Positions 1 to 12,020 are shown, numbered from the stretch's first letter. The stretch: DNA of 64,000 nucleotides from Haplodiscus bocki (GCA_965655095.1 OZ296648.1:115010001-115074000), one strand, 5' to 3'. The notes: generated by a model not told the origin, from the sequence alone. Numbers and translations: made by a program.

Positions 1-649
1 GAAAAGTTTTTGAAAACTTTCCAGCCGACAGATGATATCAGCGGTCGCAGAAACATCAGGGGCATCTATTGATGAAGTAAAAATCCATTATTAAATTTTT
101 AAGTTTCGAAATTCTCAAAAAAGGAAAATTTGGCCAAAAACGGATTTTCTAGTTTTTGCTCTATTCGGGGGAAATTTTTCAAGGAAACACCATTATACTC
201 TCCTAAAAATTCTAAGAATATTTTCTTTCTGGTATTTTTGTCCAAAATGATTATTACGGAAGTTATTCGTGCTTAAAGTTGACTTATGCTTTAAAGTTGT
301 CGCATTAATTAAAATCACTACTGCAGAAAAGAGAACATAAACATAAATATTCGAACATTTTGGCTGCGAGCTATGAAGCTTGGAAAATTGTGTGACCTGA
401 TTATTGAGGAATATTGCAAAATTTTTAATACAAAACTACATCGAATGAGATGCGAATTACAAGATTACACCAATTTAGTTAAGCTGAGCTAACATTTAAG
501 GCTGTAGCCATTTTGCCCTTCTCTACTACATTCGAATAACGATGTTCAACATCATAAACGATTCTTTTTTCAATTCCATTCTTTTGGGGTTTCTCGGCCA
601 TCTGTGCATCATTGTTCTTGGACCCTTCAAACAAAATTGCGCCCTCAAA

Positions 650-1659
650 CACAGTACCGAAAAATTTCGTAGAGGAACCTTTCTGTGGTTCAGAATATTT
701 CTGGTATCGAGAAATGTTAGGGATAAAAGAGGGGGCGGGTATCACGATTTTCCGTCGAAAATGTTTTGTCTCACAGTACCGAAACACTTCGTAGAGGAAC
801 CCTTCCGTGTTTCACAAAATTTCTAGTATCGAAAAAACTTTTGGATAAGACCGGGGGGGAGGAGGAAGAAGGGATTATCACAATTACACTAATTTTGGGT
901 ATCGAAAAATGTTAGGGATAAGAGAGGCCGGCGGGTATCACGTTTTTCCGTCGAAATTGTTTTGTCTCACAGTACCGAAACATTTCGTAGAGGAACCCTT
1001 CTGTGCTGTGTTTCAGAAAATTTCTGGTAGCAAAAAAGTTTATGGATAAGACGGGGGGGGGGGAAGGGAAGGGAGGGAGTATCAAGATTTTCCTTGGAAA
1101 ATTTTTTGTCTCATCGTGCCGAAAAGTTTCGTAGGGGAACCCTTCCTGCTTTCAGAAAAGTTCTGGTATCGAAACTTTTCATGCATAAGAGGGGGGGGGG
1201 GCGGTATCACGATTTTCCGTCGTAATATTCAAGTTAAAAAATGTAGGTAAAGGGTGGGATTCGAACCCGTACCTACCGCTTCAAAACCCTGTTGTCCTAC
1301 CCAATGTGTTATGGGGACCGTTGGAATGCAATTTCTGACAAATGTCAGTGAAATCCTAAAAATATTTGGCACGACAGGGACTCGAACCCGGACCTACCGC
1401 TTCAGAACCATGTTGTCCTACCCACTGTGCCATGGGAACCATTGGAATGCAATTTCTAACAAATGTCAGTGAAATCATAAACATATTTGGCACGACAGAG
1501 ACTCGAACCCCGACCTACTGTTTGAGAACCCTGTTGTCCTAACCCCACTGCTGTCATTTATTTTTGAAGAAGTAGGCAATTTTGAACTGAAAAAAAAATT
1601 AAAACGACCCTACTGAATGAATAATTTTTGTTGCATATTACATATGCGGCGAAAAATAA
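650..1659 (-). mobile_element. Helentron-like non-autonomous element (HINE/DINE-type), family A, 3'-truncated copy with internal tandem repeats and three tRNA-like modules
   Basis: The terminus at 1633-1659 is the reverse complement of the start of the complete copy at 20625 (TTATTTTTCGCCGCATATGTAATATGC). Internal repeats CACAGTACCGAAA..TTCGTAGAGGAACC recur at ~650, 773 and 968 with G-rich spacers. The hairpin end is missing. Confidence 0.75.
1252..1552 (-). repeat. Three tandem tRNA-derived (tRNA-Gln/Glu-like) modules, ~120 bp period, probably pseudo-tRNAs
   Basis: Minus-strand units lie at 1252-1319, 1368-1440 and 1488-1552. They carry B-box GGTTCGA(A/G)TC; unit 2 has the A-box-like TGGCACAGTGG, and units 1-2 have a GGTYCCCAT 5' end. 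Loop triplets are TTG/CTG/CTC. Acceptor and anticodon stems do not pair well. Confidence 0.65.
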
Positions 1660-2755
1660 ACTTCACATGTAACTGCCCAGCAAAGAGCCAATACAGCAAC
1701 CCGCACATTCAACTTCGGCGTTCAGAGAATTTTCACCGACAGAATTTGTTTGACAGCACTATACTTTTCTTTCTTCTCCGCGGCCATTTCGTCAATAACG
1801 CTATTCAAAATGGAAAGCACATTGTCATCAAATTCCCCGCGGTTTATAGAAGCAATGTTACGTGCAAGTTTTTCAGCACGCAAGCGACGTCCGGTCGGAC
1901 TAGCCACCTGAGACTTTCAGGGGACAATAAAGCAGCGATAAGTGCAGGGGTAGCTAGTACACTTCCAGCTACTTGTATATACCTTCACTTGAGCAAAAAG
2001 TGGACCACCAAAGCCAACAGGGTAAAGCCTATTCCGTAAACACCGTCTGCGAGTAACCCAAAAAGGAGAACCTTGCCTTCTGGTATCATTTCGCACTCAA
2101 GGGTGAAAAAAGCCAAATGAATGAATGAGTGTGCAGGCGAAGCCGATTGCAAATCGGGTAGTCAAGAACATACCAATGTTGAGAGTTTGTCCTTCTAGCA
2201 AACACGCATCCATATTAATGATAACTGCAGCAACCAAAACTGGTTTTCGGCCCAAAATGTCACCAACTTGACCGCCAATCACAACGCCGACTATCATGCC
2301 CACTGGAAAGATTACCCTAGCCATGGACTTTAAATATTCTTGGTCGCAAAATAGTTGCAGGTCTGAACTTGCCTCTTGCTATGGTCTTCATAAATTCGTT
2401 GCCAGTTTTAAACGACCTGCACTGGACTTTCTTTTCCACCTCTGAAGTTGAAAAATCGTCTTCATCTCTTTGGGTCGGATTCCGGATCCAATGGTAAACA
2501 CGTCACAGGTACCTTTCATGGCTTCGGTAGTAGATAGAACAAATTCAGTTTCATCCTCTGGCAAAGTTTGATCAATTGAGGTAGTTAAATTTTGAGCTTC
2601 ATCGTCGCACTGCAATTTGACAGTCGGCAAGGAATATCTACTGTCATGGCCATTGGAGGAACAGTTACCGGATAGATGAGGAAAACAATTATAAGAACTT
2701 TCTGATAAACTCCGAAATGTCCTAATTGGACCATGAACTCATCGTATGACCCCAT
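1660..2755 (-). pseudogene. SLC22/organic cation transporter-like MFS gene, intronless, frameshifted and truncated by the family-A element
   Basis: ATG at 2755 gives MGSYDEFMVQLGHFGVYQKV (SLC22 N-terminal GxFGxYQ motif). This is followed by SDLQLFCDQEYLK (WDLVC-like), GQVGDILGRKPV (MFS motif A), TRFAIGFA, LARNIASIN and VAVLALCWAVTC. The pieces lie in different frames. Confidence 0.75.
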
Positions 2756-3646
2756 TCCGAGAATATAGTCTTACAGTCCACCAAACATCAAATCTATTTC
2801 CGATTCCACCGCTTGTCAAAACAAAACTATCAGCAGATATCAATTGAATATTTGTGAAGTCGAAGCCGGTTAATTATGAAAATATTTCATCGATAAATTA
2901 TGAAAAAATTTTGTTAAACCGATTTGTGTTATAAAAACGACATGTGAAAATTTTTGAAATACGACGTTTTCAGCAAAAAGATGGAAATTTCAAAAATTGA
3001 TTTCATGTGTTTCTAATCGATAAATCTAAAAGAAAGTTGATGATAATTCCGTGTTATATAATGCAGTTTGTTCAACGAAAAAAGTGACATTAATCGTTTT
3101 TCATTCGTTAGAAAGAAAACGAGACCACGCAATTGAGTGTTTTAAAGCAGTTTGTGCTAATGAACGATGTGTGATTAAGTGATTCCTTCTGTTACTGTCG
3201 TTTCAGTAAATCTGTTGAAGAAAGGGTCTTAAATGATCCACTATTCAGACGCTGCAGAAAAAAACATCAAGTACCATAATTCGGAGCGAAACGAACAGTT
3301 TTTTGATTAAATCATTTCAACTCATGCTAAAATAATAATCAGTACAGTGAAAGCAACAACATGTCTATTTTATTTCAGACCATGTGACAAAAAAAACTCG
3401 ATCACCATGTGTGATAAAAAACAAATTTCGATCATCATGTACCAGATGCTCGCCAAAACCAGGGTTACGTTTTCATGCGATTAAGCGAAATTTCCTATTT
3501 TTCCAAGCTTGTGTGCAGTCGGGACAATTTCAGTCGATAAAGGAAAAAATCACACATTGAGTACTCAAGTAATCATAGTCCCTCACACTATCAAAACTAT
3601 CAATCAATCAAATTATCAATTAAAATTACCAATCAATCAATAACTA

Positions 3647-4560
3647 ACAAGAAAGGGAACGGCCCAAGGCCCAATTCGGCGAGGCCCGCAAAGTCCAAAA
3701 TTTTTATTGGGGCCGTTGTTTATGAAAATGGCGACTTTTTGAAAAAAATGACTTAATGTTTTTCTCGTTCAAAAAAATCGTCGAACAAGACCAAAAAAAT
3801 AGTTGAGGGCAGTGAATTACCCGCTTACTGAATATGCTCTTTTCGACGATTGTACTTTTTCCAACCTCGCTCTTCGCTTAAGCCGGTTGCTGGTGCGGCT
3901 CGTTCGCTTAATACGTTTTTCGCTGACAACAACACACTAGTCACTATTCAACTTAACAACTGTTATCGGATTGAGCAATTCAATGACAATAGATGGAACA
4001 CGAGGGTGTAATTTTGGAAAGCTTCAGTAACATTTTAAGACGTTAGTAGCCGTAAATGGGACAAAATTTGGTAATTTTACAAAATTAGCCTTCAAATAGG
4101 TGATGTCGAAGAAGCACTTTTGCGGAATTACTTAATGAAAAGCGACCCTCGTTAAAAATATTGAAAAAGTAGACTGAATACAGAGAATTCAGCCGTTATT
4201 CCTCAGTACTTAAATCGCTTTGTTGAATTTCTGGTACGATTTTCGCGTAAACAAGTGCTTTCGCTTTAATCGAGCCATTCACTGTAAGAGGGACATTTTG
4301 CTACAATGTTTACTGCCTGCGGAAGTCATGCAAGTACAGTCTACAAATCTATGAGAAGCATATACAAGAACTTAAAAAACTAGAAAGTCCGTTCTTTTGT
4401 CAGTCCAGAAAAATTTCGACCAAAAATCATGAGACACCCTCTTACGCATTTTTTTTGATACCAGAAACTTTCATGAACACCAGAATAGCCTGTCGCGAAT
4501 TTTTTCGGTACTGTAAGGCAAAACGTTTTCGACATCCTTTTTGTGAAACCCCCTTCCAAG
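3647..4560 (-). mobile_element. Probable Helentron-like repeat remnant (hairpin end at 3647; family-A-like units at ~4410-4550)
   Basis: The minus-strand end GGCCTTGGGCCGTTCCCTTTCTTGTT has a GC hairpin and the same TCTTGTT terminus as the 21601 end. 4410-4550 resembles family-A internal units. The other end was not found. Confidence 0.35.
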
Positions 4561-5766
4561 GTTCACCACTTTCAACTTTCTCAGCTGGTTTGCTACTAGT
4601 CCCAACTAACAAAGTTCGAAGACACATTTCCAACAGATTATAGCCGGTCAATTTTTTCTTAATTATAGGTTTTCTCCGTTACATAAATAAAGCAGGTGAG
4701 AAACAACTAAGTTTTGGAATTTTGCTTTCTAATGCCGTTTTAGCTGCGAGTGCGTTAAAAATCTTTGCTAAAAATATTTTCAACTTTTTCTGAAAAACAG
4801 AATTGGCTGCTTTTTCGAAATGTTTGATATTTTGCTTTCTAATCAACCCGATGCCTACGCATCCAACTTAAATCAATGCAAAATGATAAACTTTGAAAAT
4901 TTGCACGAAATTGAGAACATTTCGTCCAAAATAGTACTTTTGTTGCTCTAAAAGGCAACCAAAATACAGATAAAGTCATCAATTTTTTACAAAAATTTCT
5001 TTCTTTTGCACTCCAAATCAGCCTTTGAGCTTCAAATGCATCAATTAGGATAACACACATGTATCACTGTTTTAAAGAGGATCTGAATAACCCGTTCTCG
5101 CCAAAGAATCTATTTTAGGAAGTCAAGAGCGAACCTTCTAGTGCCCCAAGGCTCCTATGTTTTTCGCAAGACATCGTAGTCGGCATCAAATGTGCTTTTT
5201 GCGGATACACTAATGCGTTCTGATGCTTTTCAGTGGTATCACCTGTAGCTTCAAAAGATCGCGCCAAAAAAATTTCGGTTGATTGTGAAATGTTACCTCC
5301 CAAATCGATACGATATTCGGATTAAGCGTAGTGAACAATTATAAGTGTGAATTAAATTCACATTTCAATTTCAATTTCGCCAAATTCTTCCAAATTTGTT
5401 ATAGAATTCGTCAAGTATAGAAGTCTTTTTCAAATTGTCCTTCTTGGCAAAATAATTTCGGGTTTTTAAAAATAGATATTTTCAAGCTTCAAGGCAATTT
5501 TTGAACTCTATTCTCACATTTTTTCTGCTTAGCAGCATCACATCTCTCAAAAACGCAGACTTCCCATCATCACTGAGAGGTTTTTATTTGCTTGGCGTAA
5601 AATATCCCGGAGTTTGCTGGGCATCTTGCATTACTTCTTTTTAGACTCAATTATTTGAACGCCAGCTTAATTCTGGTGTAAAGAAAGATCAATTTAAAAC
5701 TTTTCAAAAGCAACATTAAATTCACTAGTTCTCTATAAATCAGGAAAACAATTCATGCTGTCCCGT

Positions 5767-6159
5767 CTACTTTTTGGAGTTTGCTTCTAAAGCGGCGACA
5801 CGTGAAATCTCTTTCAGATCACGAATTGACCCAATATCCAGGATATAAGCACCAATGGCAATCAATGAGCCCACAGCACACACTGAAGCTAGAGACCCAT
5901 AGGCTAAAGCTCTTCTAGCCAATAAAGTACCTTCTCTCTCGAGCTCAACAGTCGAAGTCAACGCAATGTCGCCCTTTAATCTCTTTTTTGCCCTTGAAAA
6001 ACCTGTTAAAAACCCAGCTCCGAGACCAACAGCTCCAATGCCAGTGAAAATCAATCCGGTAACAATCCCACTTTTATTGTTCAAACTCCGCAAGCCAGTG
6101 GTAACATTTGTATCTCCTGCTGATTCATTTGGACAACTTAATTTATTCACATTTTCCAT
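5767..6159 (-). CDS. TMEM242: Transmembrane protein 242 (mitochondrial ATP synthase c-ring assembly factor)
   Basis: Intronless 130-aa ORF with two TM segments. GFLTGFSRAKK and EREGTLLARRALAYGSLASVCAVG match the family pattern GFxxxxxxAKK...ESGxxLAxRALxWGSL. Confidence 0.85.
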   Translation of the reverse strand: MENVNKLSCPNESAGDTNVTTGLRSLNNKSGIVTGLIFTGIGAVGLGAGFLTGFSRAKKRLKGDIALTSTVELEREGTLLARRALAYGSLASVCAVGSLIAIGAYILDIGSIRDLKEISRVAALEANSKK

Positions 6160-6161
6160 AC

Positions 6162-6680
6162 CTAAAGTTGACTAACGAGTTTCTTAACTTTCGATAGAAT
6201 AATTTCGTTTGCACTGAAACAAGTTTCGGGGGTGAATGGCGAATGAACTTCGACGCAATTTAGAACTTTTATCACATCTGAGTTTGTTTGCACAACAAAA
6301 GGCAGATGCTGCTTTCCCAAAGATAACAACAACAATTTCTTTCGATTCTCCAAATCTGCGTTTAAAAACCCTTTACTGTGATCAGAATTTTTAGTTTCGC
6401 GTTTCCGAATTTCTTCCTGCAGACCGTGGAAATTCTTCTCAATCAAATTGCACCGATCAAAGTTTTTCGGATTCTTCACTTCATCGATTGCCAAGATTGA
6501 AGATGGAATAACAATTCTGGTTCCCGATGACGTGGCAACCAGAAGAGTCAAAGATTGAGGATCGACTAAGGCAATTATTCCAACAGAGGAAGGCAGTTTG
6601 TGCAAATGTTGAATCTCCACCAACTTCCCGACAAACTTGAGAACGTCCGAAAAAGAGTATTCCAAAATTGTTTCGTTCAT
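6162..6680 (-). CDS. GEMIN6: Gem-associated protein 6 (SMN complex; Sm-like N-terminus plus AD domain)
   Basis: Intronless 172-aa ORF. It has the Sm-like VDPQSLTLLV and the C-terminal DLENRKK...HLPF...VHSPFTPETCFSANEIILSKVKKLV, matching Gemin6 DLEERK...HIP...IDPPYGPENCSSSNEIILSRV. Confidence 0.85.
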   Translation of the reverse strand: MNETILEYSFSDVLKFVGKLVEIQHLHKLPSSVGIIALVDPQSLTLLVATSSGTRIVIPSSILAIDEVKNPKNFDRCNLIEKNFHGLQEEIRKRETKNSDHSKGFLNADLENRKKLLLLSLGKQHLPFVVQTNSDVIKVLNCVEVHSPFTPETCFSANEIILSKVKKLVSQL

Positions 6681-6819
6681 TGGCCGGACAAAGTAGAAGG
6701 GATTTTAAACATTACAGAAAATTTCAAGAGCAAATAAGCATCTGAAAGATAGGATGGGGTGAAGCGATTAGATTTCACAGAAAAGCTTTCCTTCTTTTTA
6801 CGCAACTAAACTAATATGA

Positions 6820-7210
6820 CACAGAGGTGAAGCGGAACTTCGCAACAAATTCTGACTTTTCAGCTGAGATTACGGAACCCAAAAAACATTTGAAACCATT
6901 ATCAGACACATGATTGACACTTTATAATTATTACACCAACTGTCAATCAAAAGTTAGTTCGAAAGAGTCGAATTGAGACATACGTGTCACACTGTATTTT
7001 GCTTGGAAAGTTGATCTGTCGACCATGTCTTTTCAAGTGACGCAAAATTGCAGTCCAATGTTTAAGAGACCCGAAGGCGAACAAATACCTGCTATATTGT
7101 CTTGTAAGCAAAACACTGATATGCCAAATATGACCATTAAAACACTGCTGTACAGCAAGGTCTACTGGTGCAATAATCTAGCCGTTAACGCATTTGTTCG
7201 ACCCTTAATG
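6820..7210 (-). mobile_element. Helentron-like non-autonomous element, family B, partial
   Basis: Begins with the hairpin GTGAAGCGGAACTTCGC. Shares the body (CATTTGAAACCAT..CAGCTGTCAATCAA) with copies at 11225 and 32845. Confidence 0.6.
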
Positions 7211-7559
7211 GATTATTCTGCAGAAGGTTGCTCTGTTATAAGTTACTAAAACCTCAAGTGTCATTCGCGATAATAAATTTGAACAAGCACATCAATAAAC
7301 GCAATGAAACATCGCGTAAAGGCACTTTTTCCAAAAAAAAAAAACATTTAAAATTCAAAGTCCCGGTCACTTTTGCCGTCATTTCCTTTTGAAATGGAAA
7401 CTTTTGGGCCATATTTCTTGACCTTGCGGCAGCAATTGTTTTAAAGGATTATATAACTACTTTTCGAGCATCGCGCCATTATACTGAGTCTCGCGCGTGC
7501 GCGCTCGACTGCAGTGCTATAATCGGTCGCTGCTATAAAAGCAGCCATTTAACATATAC

Positions 7560-10500
7560 TCAGACCATTGGGTCAAAAAATGAGGACTTATCAGGACTTA
7601 TAGCTGACGGCAAGAAGTCGATGTGATCTTATTGATGTTCAGAAGACATGCTTGGCAGCAAAAAAAGCACTCAGCCTATACGCTCAAGGAGAAACAACGA
7701 AACGAACGATAGAAAAGTGATAAAAGAACGATGAAACCGGGATATAAAACCAAAACTTTACTTTTCTTGCATTTATTTATCGGGTTATTTCAAACACGGA
7801 ATGTTGGATTATCCTTCGTTTTTCATTCCTAAAAAAAACAAACCTTCAGATTTTACTATCACCTTATTAGAAACAACTTTTCTAAAGATGTGTTCGGTTT
7901 AGACGAACGATTTAGCCTGAGGCACCGCTCTTGACCGTAATTGGCAGTGGATTCCCCGCGCCTGGAGATCCCCCACGCGGAAACCTGATGCTCAAAACTG
8001 ATTGAGTATGAAGGAAGTACAGGATTTTCAGTGGTCAAGGGCCTTGTGCTTCCTTCGTTTCCTCAACCCATGAAATCGGTTTCGCATGGAGATTTCGCCT
8101 AATAGCAAAATTTATTGGTGATCATAGAGGAATCCTTGGTTTCCTGCCATGGAGAGGATTCTAAATTTGCATGCCCGGGGAGGGTTCCCACCGCGCCCAA
8201 GCATCAGCACGCTAATTGGAAAAACCAAGGAATTGCCAAAAAAGGCACAGCAGCAAGTGGAAAGACTCCCATTTACCGGGCAACTTATTTAACAAGGTCT
8301 TGAAAAACAGCCATCCGAATCGCAACAAGAAGTCACGCTGGCAACGTGCGATACACAGCAGGGCCAAATGTCTTGCGTCAAAGTCAAGAAATGGAGTCAG
8401 CAAGGCACCGGATGAGAGTATGTTTTGAACCAATCCGGTACAATTCGAAACTACTTCAATCAAATTTCAAGTGGATACGGACCCGACCAACCCCACATCA
8501 TATCTAATAGCTGGAAGTCGAGAACCCTTACTGGGCACGTATGAGATGTGCATATAGTTGAGAGAAATAATCGAAGCAGAGTCATATTTTTGGAAAATGA
8601 TCACTATCATTAAGAATCAAATACTAGTGGGTCCTGAAGCCTTAGAACGATCTCTAAAGTACTGGTAATTGGAATTTAAGAGCAATAACGATCTCCATGC
8701 ACGTCTTTCACTCCGCAAGAGCGAACTGCCACTTCCATAACTGGTATACTCTAGCACATCTGATGTCTCCTACTCACCCTCATGTTCCCAGATATTCGGA
8801 TCTTTAGAAGCATTTCGTCACCTATCAACGTAATCCTGGAACACTACGAGCTCCCAAGCAAAATAAAAACAGAGGGACGACCCCTCAATCAAAACACTTG
8901 GGCAGATAAAAAGTATATCCTGAGTCAACAAACTGTCATGAAAGTCTTGGATCCAACAAACAGAGGAAAAGATTCAATTCCATGAACACAGGAAACAACC
9001 AGACCACAAAGGATGAACTTGGCGTGAAGATAACAACATCGTTGAGGTGCGAGGACGCATAGCGGTAGCCACCCTTCCCAATCTGAGATCCACATCCAGA
9101 ATTTCGGACAGCCATAATGGGGGAATTTAGTGAGGATCTGATCTTCATGGAGAGACCTACAATCGGGAAAGTCGTTCACACTGGAACGCACCACCTTGAG
9201 GATCACTTAAGCCATGCCTTCTAACTGATTAATACTGCCTCGTCTAAGAACGAACCCGTCACGGAGGATCTCGCATTATGCTTGGAAGACCTCAATGTCA
9301 AATAAAAGAATTGCAATCAAACGAAAAGCAATTCCTCAACCTCGATATTAAAAAAAGGTTGCACGAATGAGCACCTGGTGGACTACTTTGAATACACTGG
9401 GATATATGTGGTGCTCTATGACAGTCTCTACTGATCAACGCTGTCATCTATTACAAGGAAGGGAAACTGGATCATCCTCAACCTGAGACGAGTTAGCCAA
9501 AATGATGGTGAAGGATCTCTACGATGGAGGAAAGGACAGTTGAATCTGGGCCTTAAAACCCTCTGAAGAAAAATGCTGCGGCAAGCGGTCGAGGCGCCCC
9601 CAAATGTCAAGTTGCGTCCTGTCGTTATCTGTAATTTAATCTTTTGGCATCTGGTTTCAACTGAACCATGGTAGTCAAGTGATTGATTCGCTCAAGACTT
9701 CCTGTAATCACTATTTTGTCAAACGAATTATCTGGAAAGCCTCAGCCAAACGTGGACAAATGAAGCTGACCCACTCAACCGAGAGTCAACTTGCTAAGAA
9801 CTTCCACATTAAGTAGAAAACTTCGCTCTTGGACTACAACCATTCCATCGGGACAGTACTATCTTTTCGGTGCTTCGCGCTACAATCAAACAATCTCCCT
9901 GTTTTCTAATCCAACCTGGCAGCAAAGGTAATAGTCAACTGCATCAAATACATTCACCAGGCGTTTTTTTCATATCCTTCAAGTTTCCTGCTCCTTTATT
10001 TAAAAAAGCAGAACTCCCAAAGTTCATTTAAACTCAATTTTCAACAAAACTTCCTGCGAATTGCCCTTTACCTATCACACCGGAAACCGTTACGTTGCTA
10101 CTTAAATTCATTTGGTTGTTCCATTCGTCTAGTTGCTGCCATATTTACTTTTGTATTTATTGGATACCGAATGCAGATACTTAAAAAACCTACAGAAACA
10201 AAGAAGACATAAAGAACGCAACAAAAGAAACGTAAAATAACGAGAAATTCAAATTCACGTTCATGCTTCAATTCTAATGAGATTGATTAGGTTTAAAGCA
10301 AGAAATCTTTATGCGATTTAGTAAATTTTAACATCTTGTATCCAACACAAGTCAACGTATTCCCATTCAAAGAACCCGATCCCGGATCCCATGACAACTA
10401 AGATTGCTAGTGATTTCTCGGCCTGCTGATTCACAAACAGTGGAAAATGAACCAAAATTGGCGAAATGATTGACGCCTCGTGTCTTCATGGCCATATTCC

Positions 10501-11030
10501 GTTGGTGCTTCTGCAGCAAACTCGGCGTGACATCAACTTCCACGATCTCCCTCAGTGAGACGCATTTGACCCGCCAAGCGAACTGAATTAAGAAGTAGGT
10601 CTCTGGCACGTCAACCCCCCTCCCCTGGATCGAAGACGATCTTGAGCAAACCGGGGGAGCGATGTAATCAAAATCAATGGACGTCAAAACTTTTTGTTGA
10701 CTTTTGCATAGATGACGTCAAAAAGTCGATGTCACCTTGATGACGTTCAAAATTCATGCTTCGCAGCAAAAAAGGATTGAGGCCATAGGCTAATCGAGAA
10801 CACCAAGAAACAAAAAGACAAACGAACGAAAAATGGTACAAGAAGAACGATAAAACATACGTCTAAATCTTTAACTTTGGTTAATTTGCATTTAATTATC
10901 GGCTTACTTCGAAATAATATATAGTCAGATTCTCATCCGCTTTTCATTCCCAGAATGCAGAACCTTTAGATTTTATTAGCACCTTGGATCAAATTACTCA
11001 TTGGATGTAGTTGATTTCGATGTTCAGAAG
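7560..11030 (+). mobile_element. Highly degraded Gypsy-type LTR retrotransposon
   Basis: Diverged ~300-bp direct repeats at ~7600-7870 and ~10720-10990 are LTR-like. There is a gag knuckle remnant HSRAKCLASKS (~8350) and a protease remnant FQVDT (8465-8479). A polypurine tract GGGGGAGCGA (10653-10662) is followed by TGTAA. Confidence 0.5.
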
Positions 11031-11224
11031 AAGTATTTTAGCTCAATTTTTTGTATAAAATTAATAAAAAAACATGAACTATGCTGGGAATTAAAACTGC
11101 TAGGGTATGAATGGTTCGATTTCCAAAGCGGATTCTCGCAATGAAAATGTGAATGGAATGTAGAGTTTTTTTCGAAAATACGTACATTTTTGGTAAAGTT
11201 TCCGGTATAAAATGTAAATACAGT

Positions 11225-12020
11225 AAGCGGAACTTCGCAACAAATTTGTCAGTAAAAATTACAGTTCGCGAAAGACATTTGAAACCATGATCGCAGATGT
11301 GATTGACACTTTTAGAAATAAGGCACCAGCTGTCAATCAAGAGTTTGTTCGAAAAGGTCAAATTGAGACAAGTGCCTGTAACAGAGTATCACTCAAACAT
11401 TTGATGTCAATCATCTCTTTATAGATTACACCATTTTGCCGCCCCATATTGAAGCAGTTTGCACAGTTAAAAACATGAAAATGAACAAGAATCTGCTGAA
11501 AAGAAGTCATTTTTGACCATTTACACAATATGTTTAGACTCTCTGATGACGCCAAGTTTTGAACATGATAGAAAAAAGCCGAGCATAAGCTGGATTCAAA
11601 AGTTTCTTCCTTTCAGTCAGAATGTGTCAAAACAGATCGATTTTCGCGAAAAAACATATCGAAAAGTTGTCACACCGCAACCAAAATTTAGTATGTAGTA
11701 GACTCGAGACTTGTAACGTTTTTGCAAAAATCAGAAAGATCTGTCAAATAGGTGACGAGATATTGCGCTTTGAAAAAGATTTCGACTTGAAAATGTAACA
11801 GAAAAATTGCCGCTGAATTTTCCACTGTTGGCGTCTAAAAATGGTTCGCTTCGCTTTCCTAAAAGACAAGCGCTTTTTAGAACGCGAAAATGGAAACGTA
11901 CGTTGAAACTAGAGCTCTAGACTCTCAGATGGCGTAAAAAATGGAAATTTCGGACAGGATAAAAAAACTCAGCAAATGCCGGTTTCAATACATAATCTTC
12001 TTTTCAGTCAGAATGTTTAG
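11225..12020 (-). mobile_element. Helentron-like non-autonomous element, family B
   Basis: GCGGAACTTCGC hairpin remnant and shared body. The terminal motif TTCAGTCAGAATGT occurs twice (~11612, ~12003). Confidence 0.6.

Noticed and set aside
650-1230. Regularly spaced repeats resembling a CRISPR array
   Set aside because: The context is eukaryotic, the spacers are themselves homologous, there are no cas genes, and the repeats are internal to a dispersed element.
1252-1552. Functional tRNA gene cluster
   Set aside because: Acceptor and anticodon stems do not pair, and the units are embedded in a repeat element.
5505-5580. Possible C/D-box snoRNA downstream of TMEM242 (minus-strand GTGATGA with a short terminal stem)
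   Set aside because: No canonical CTGA D box and no rRNA complementarity that I can recognise.
5767-6680. GEMIN6-TMEM242 fusion protein by stop-codon readthrough
   Set aside because: The 2-nt offset puts the ORFs in different frames, and both ORFs have family-typical complete ends.
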